Shown here: positions 56,313 to 59,101 of the stretch, in pieces
How positions within the stretch are numbered: position 1 is the first letter of the stretch
Layout of the letters: each line of letters starts with the position of its first letter
From: an uncultured Spirochaetales bacterium
Lineage (GTDB): Bacteria > Spirochaetota > Spirochaetia > SPDA01 > CAZSGZ01
Reading direction: 5' to 3'
NCBI GenBank assembly: GCA_964440465.1
Contig: CAYTSI010000007.1
Span: 1-59,101 of the forward strand
DNA: 59,101 nt
The notes under the pieces: model-generated
Seen by the model: the letters and a program-made list of their open reading frames with translations, nothing else
Told to the model about the DNA's origin: nothing
Database searches by the model: none
Program-made: the position numbers and the translations under genes

Positions 56313-57389
56313 TCAAGAAAGGAGGTCGTCCCAGGTAATGCCCTCTCCCGCTTCCACCTGCCGGCTGAGATGTTTCCCCTGCAGCAGACGGTAATACCGG
56401 GGGTGCAGCCCCGGGCGGAGGACTTTTTCGGTGCGCAAAACTGCAATATTTTCGCCGGTCAGAACGGTACCCGCGGGAAGGTCCTGAAGCGCGTGGACCG
56501 ACCGGTTCGACCGGCCGTAATTCCCCACTTCCGCCGGGGAGAGGCGCTTTACCCCGCCGCCGAGGACGGCAGCCACCCGCTCTCTGCCGAAATCTTGCCG
56601 GAGTTCTTCCACTGCGGCGGGCAGGTCCTCTATCCGCCGGACCTCCCGGACCATATCCCCGAAGGCTTTCGGTTCAAGGGCGATGGGGTCGTCGAGGCCG
56701 CCGCCGCTCCGGTCGAGGCAGAGGTGTTTTTCGATCATGGCAGCGCCGACGGCAGCGGACAGGACGGGAACAAGGACCGGATCGAGGGAATGGTCGGATA
56801 CACCGGCAGGCACGCCGAATAAAGCGGCAAGGTTCGGGATGCACCGGAGGTTGTACTCCTCCTCGGGCGCCGGGTAGGCGGTAATGCAGTGGAGCAGGGT
56901 GATGTCCGGAACGCCTGGGCGCAGAAGGCGCAGCGCCTCGTCAATGTCCGCGAGGGTGGAAACCCCCGTCGAGAGGATAATCGGCACGCCGCAGCCTGCA
57001 ATTTCTTCTAGAAGGGGGACATGATTGAGCTCGGGAGAGGCTATTTTCAGCATTTCCGCCCCTATCTCCAGCAAAATCCGGGCGCTCCGGACGCCGAAGG
57101 GGGTGCAGAGGAAGCTGATTCCCGCCTTTTTTGCGGCTTCCCGCAAGGATGCGTAGAATTCCGGGGGGCTTTCGAGTTTCCGGAAGGTCTCGTAGAGGGG
57201 AATGTCTCCTCCCGGCAGCGGTACCGTTCCGGTTTTCGGATGGATTATTTCATCGGCATAGACTATCTGAAATTTAATACAGTCGGCACCGGATTCGGCA
57301 GCCGCGGAAATCAGTTCCTCTGCCTTTTTCAGGTCTCCTCCGTGGGACGTGCCCGCCTCGGCTATAATAAAACATTTTTTTTTCGTCAT
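56313..57389 (-). CDS. NeuB-family sialic/pseudaminic/legionaminic acid synthase-like protein (with SAF domain)
   Basis: FIIAEAGTSHGGDL, KFQ, the HCITAYPAP segment and a C-terminal SAF-like part. Start at the ATG 57389. An A9 tract covers codons 3-5. Confidence 0.75.
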   Translation of the reverse strand: MTKKKCFIIAEAGTSHGGDLKKAEELISAAAESGADCIKFQIVYADEIIHPKTGTVPLPGGDIPLYETFRKLESPPEFYASLREAAKKAGISFLCTPFGVRSARILLEIGAEMLKIASPELNHVPLLEEIAGCGVPIILSTGVSTLADIDEALRLLRPGVPDITLLHCITAYPAPEEEYNLRCIPNLAALFGVPAGVSDHSLDPVLVPVLSAAVGAAMIEKHLCLDRSGGGLDDPIALEPKAFGDMVREVRRIEDLPAAVEELRQDFGRERVAAVLGGGVKRLSPAEVGNYGRSNRSVHALQDLPAGTVLTGENIAVLRTEKVLRPGLHPRYYRLLQGKHLSRQVEAGEGITWDDLLS

Positions 57390-57451
57390 ATAAAAAAGCT
57401 CTCGACAATGTCGTCCATTTATTATAGACTTTTTTCCAGAGGAGAGAAAGA

Positions 57452-57664
57452 ATGACGACAATAATTTGCGATATGTGTAAAAAAGTAATTCATGACGCGC
57501 ACCGGGACGTCAATTATGAGACTATACGGGACCGTGATATCTGCAAGACCTGTATGAAGTCATTTTTACGGGACCTGGAAGACGATATCGATCAGTGGGA
57601 CCCCTATACGTTAGAAAAGCAGAGAAAAGAATACTGGAAGCGGATCGAAAAAGCTACAGGCTGA
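57452..57664 (+). CDS. Zinc-ribbon mini-protein (70 aa)
   Basis: CDMC...CKTC. RBS GGAGAG. It is divergent from the neuB-like gene and overlaps the serS 3' end by 11 nt. Confidence 0.5.
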   Translation: MTTIICDMCKKVIHDAHRDVNYETIRDRDICKTCMKSFLRDLEDDIDQWDPYTLEKQRKEYWKRIEKATG

Positions 57665-58925
57665 TTTTAGAAAACCCGGTATACGGAGCAAGAGCGTTCG
57701 GGATCCGGACGGAACCGTCCTCCTGCTGAAAATTTTCAATAATTGCTATAATCCCGCGGGATGCCGCTATGGCCGTGCCGTTGAGCATGTGCACGAAGCG
57801 GTTTTTTTTGTCCTCTTTGAATCGTATGCCTAAGCGGCGGGCCTGGTAATCGGTGCAGTTTGACGTGCTGGTTACCTCGCCCCATTCGCCGTTTTCACCC
57901 CGGCCGGGCATCCAGGCTTCCAGGTCGAACTTCCGGTACGCGGGGGCGCCCAAGTCGCCGGTACAGGTGTCCACAACCCGGTAGGGTATTTCTAAATCGC
58001 TGAATATTGATTCTTCAATTTCCAAGAGTTCGTTATGCATCTTCTCCGAGTCTTCCGGGCGGCAGAAGATAAACATTTCCACTTTGGTAAACTGATGGAC
58101 CCGGTACAGACCCTTCGAATACTGCCCGGACGCTCCTGCCTCCCGCCGGAAACAGTGGGAGAGGCCGGCCATCTTCACCGGCAGCGCTTCGTTTTCAATA
58201 ATCTGCTGAGCGTAATAGCCGCCGAGGGTTATTTCGGCGGTCCCGACAAGGCAGGAGTCCTCCCCCTCGATGGAGTAGATGTTGCTTTCTTCTCCCCGGG
58301 GATTGAATCCGATCCCTTCCACGATCGAGGTCCTGGCGATGTCGGGGGTAATGGTCAGGGTGAATCCCCGCCGGGCCAATTTATCTAAGGCAAAGCGGCT
58401 TAAGGCCAGCTCGAGCAGGGCGCCCTTGTTTTTCAGGTAGTAAAACTTGGTACCCGAAACTTTGGTAGCGGTTTCGAAGTCGATAATATCGAGGGCCTCC
58501 CCGAGTTCCACGTGGTCTTTCGGCGGAAAGGAAAACCGGGGAGGTTCAAAGGAGCGTTTCATTTCGAGGTTGTCCTTCTCCTCTTTTCCAACCGGCGCGT
58601 CGGGATGGGCCATATTGGGGACCTTTGCAGCCTCCGCGGAGAGGGCGGTTTCCGTTTCCTGAAGGGTCTCTTCTAAGCCCGCGATATCCTGCTTCAGCTT
58701 TTTGCCGTCTTCAATTAACTCCTGCCGCTTATCGTCGGGCATTTTCCCCTTCATCTGCTTTGCGTTTTCGTTCCGCTGCTGCCGCAAATCGTCGATTGAG
58801 GCGATCAGTTCGTTCCGCTTATCATACAGGGCGACAACACCGTCGACATCGGCGGACATATATCTGTTTTGAATATTTTCTTTAACAGCATCGCTGTTTT
58901 CTTTAATAAAGCGTAAATCAAGCAT
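57654..58925 (-). CDS. serS: Serine--tRNA ligase
   Basis: Canonical N-terminus [10 protein letters not shown], a coiled-coil arm and class II motifs ([24 protein letters not shown]). Start at the internal ATG 58925. Confidence 0.93.
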   Translation of the reverse strand: MLDLRFIKENSDAVKENIQNRYMSADVDGVVALYDKRNELIASIDDLRQQRNENAKQMKGKMPDDKRQELIEDGKKLKQDIAGLEETLQETETALSAEAAKVPNMAHPDAPVGKEEKDNLEMKRSFEPPRFSFPPKDHVELGEALDIIDFETATKVSGTKFYYLKNKGALLELALSRFALDKLARRGFTLTITPDIARTSIVEGIGFNPRGEESNIYSIEGEDSCLVGTAEITLGGYYAQQIIENEALPVKMAGLSHCFRREAGASGQYSKGLYRVHQFTKVEMFIFCRPEDSEKMHNELLEIEESIFSDLEIPYRVVDTCTGDLGAPAYRKFDLEAWMPGRGENGEWGEVTSTSNCTDYQARRLGIRFKEDKKNRFVHMLNGTAIAASRGIIAIIENFQQEDGSVRIPNALAPYTGFSKISL

Positions 58926-59049
58926 GGCTGCATCATACAGAAGAGAAGCCCTTTTAGCAAGGGAGCGCAGCAGCCGCCGCCGGTTTGCCATTCAGGGGGG
59001 TTATCCATTATACTTTTGGTACACGCTGAGAACGCGGAGGATTAAGAGG

Positions 59050-59101
59050 ATGAAAATATCGACGGTTGAGCAGATGCGGGAGTTAGACCGGACGGCCATT
59101 G
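59050..59101 (+). CDS. Partial (5' end only): NAD(P)H-hydrate epimerase/dehydratase-like (YjeF N-terminus)
   Basis: MKISTVEQMRELDRTAI resembles the usual Nnr/YjeF start. RBS AAGAGG. Only 17 codons lie in the window. Confidence 0.4.
   Translation, partial: MKISTVEQMRELDRTAI

Noticed and set aside
58926-59049. Possible T-box leader upstream of serS. A T-box or leader-peptide attenuator upstream of trpE (4412-4540) and trpB2 was considered likewise.
   Set aside because: The leaders are about 120 nt or less. They have no specifier-loop or T-box (AGGGTGGNACCGCG-like) sequence and no tandem Trp codons in any short upstream ORF.
1-59101. Scan for tRNA, rRNA, tmRNA, CRISPR repeats, transposase or integrase genes, prophage or integron signatures.
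   Set aside because: No GTTCGAATC-type T-loop contexts outside coding sequence were seen. There are no regularly spaced direct repeats and no recombinase-like ORFs. The only candidate mobile-like sequence is the 48006-48141 inverted repeat, which lacks target-site duplications. This was a by-eye scan only, so small RNAs could be missed.

Overview
59.1-kb gene-dense bacterial chromosomal segment with about 56 protein-coding genes. I found no rRNA, tRNA, CRISPR array, transposase or integrase by eye. The many lipobox lipoproteins, TPR and VWA envelope proteins, two phosphofructokinases and c-di-GMP parts suggest a spirochaete-like organism, but this cannot be verified from the sequence. Content runs left to right. 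A VapC/Phd toxin-antitoxin pair sits directly behind lysA. Next come a FetAB-like ABC exporter and ssb. A complete, visibly GC-richer trp operon follows (trpE, fused trpG-D, fused trpC-F, trpB, trpA). Then come trxA, a lamin-tail-domain lipoprotein, a Crp-like regulator and glmS. A poorly characterised envelope neighbourhood follows, with two paralogous VWA proteins, TPR and zinc-ribbon mini-proteins, a 645-aa unknown, and a ParB-like/ferritin-like/CapA-like operon. After it lie a stand-alone TrpB2 paralogue coupled to a small Cys-rich ORF, guanine deaminase and two transporters. A central-carbon block (pfk, tkt, FGGY kinase, second pfk, pgi, galE) is interleaved with HD-GYP and PilZ proteins, radA and a TraB-like gene. 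The window ends with an ADP-ribosylglycohydrolase, an acyl-CoA ligase, a NitT/TauT-type ABC transporter, bpt, TauE, a NeuB-like synthase, serS and the first codons of an nnr-like gene. The signals I find most interesting are these. (1) A near-identical 21-nt palindrome sits on the transcription start region of both trp transcription units, 22 kb apart; it is a candidate undescribed trp-regulon operator. (2) A 136-nt nested, perfect inverted-repeat element lies in the AT-rich spacer upstream of the ADP-ribosylglycohydrolase gene. (3) TrpB2 is translationally coupled to an uncharacterised Cys-rich protein. (4) The paralogous VWA lipoprotein neighbourhood. All functional calls are by-eye motif recognition on the supplied translations; no database search was run.
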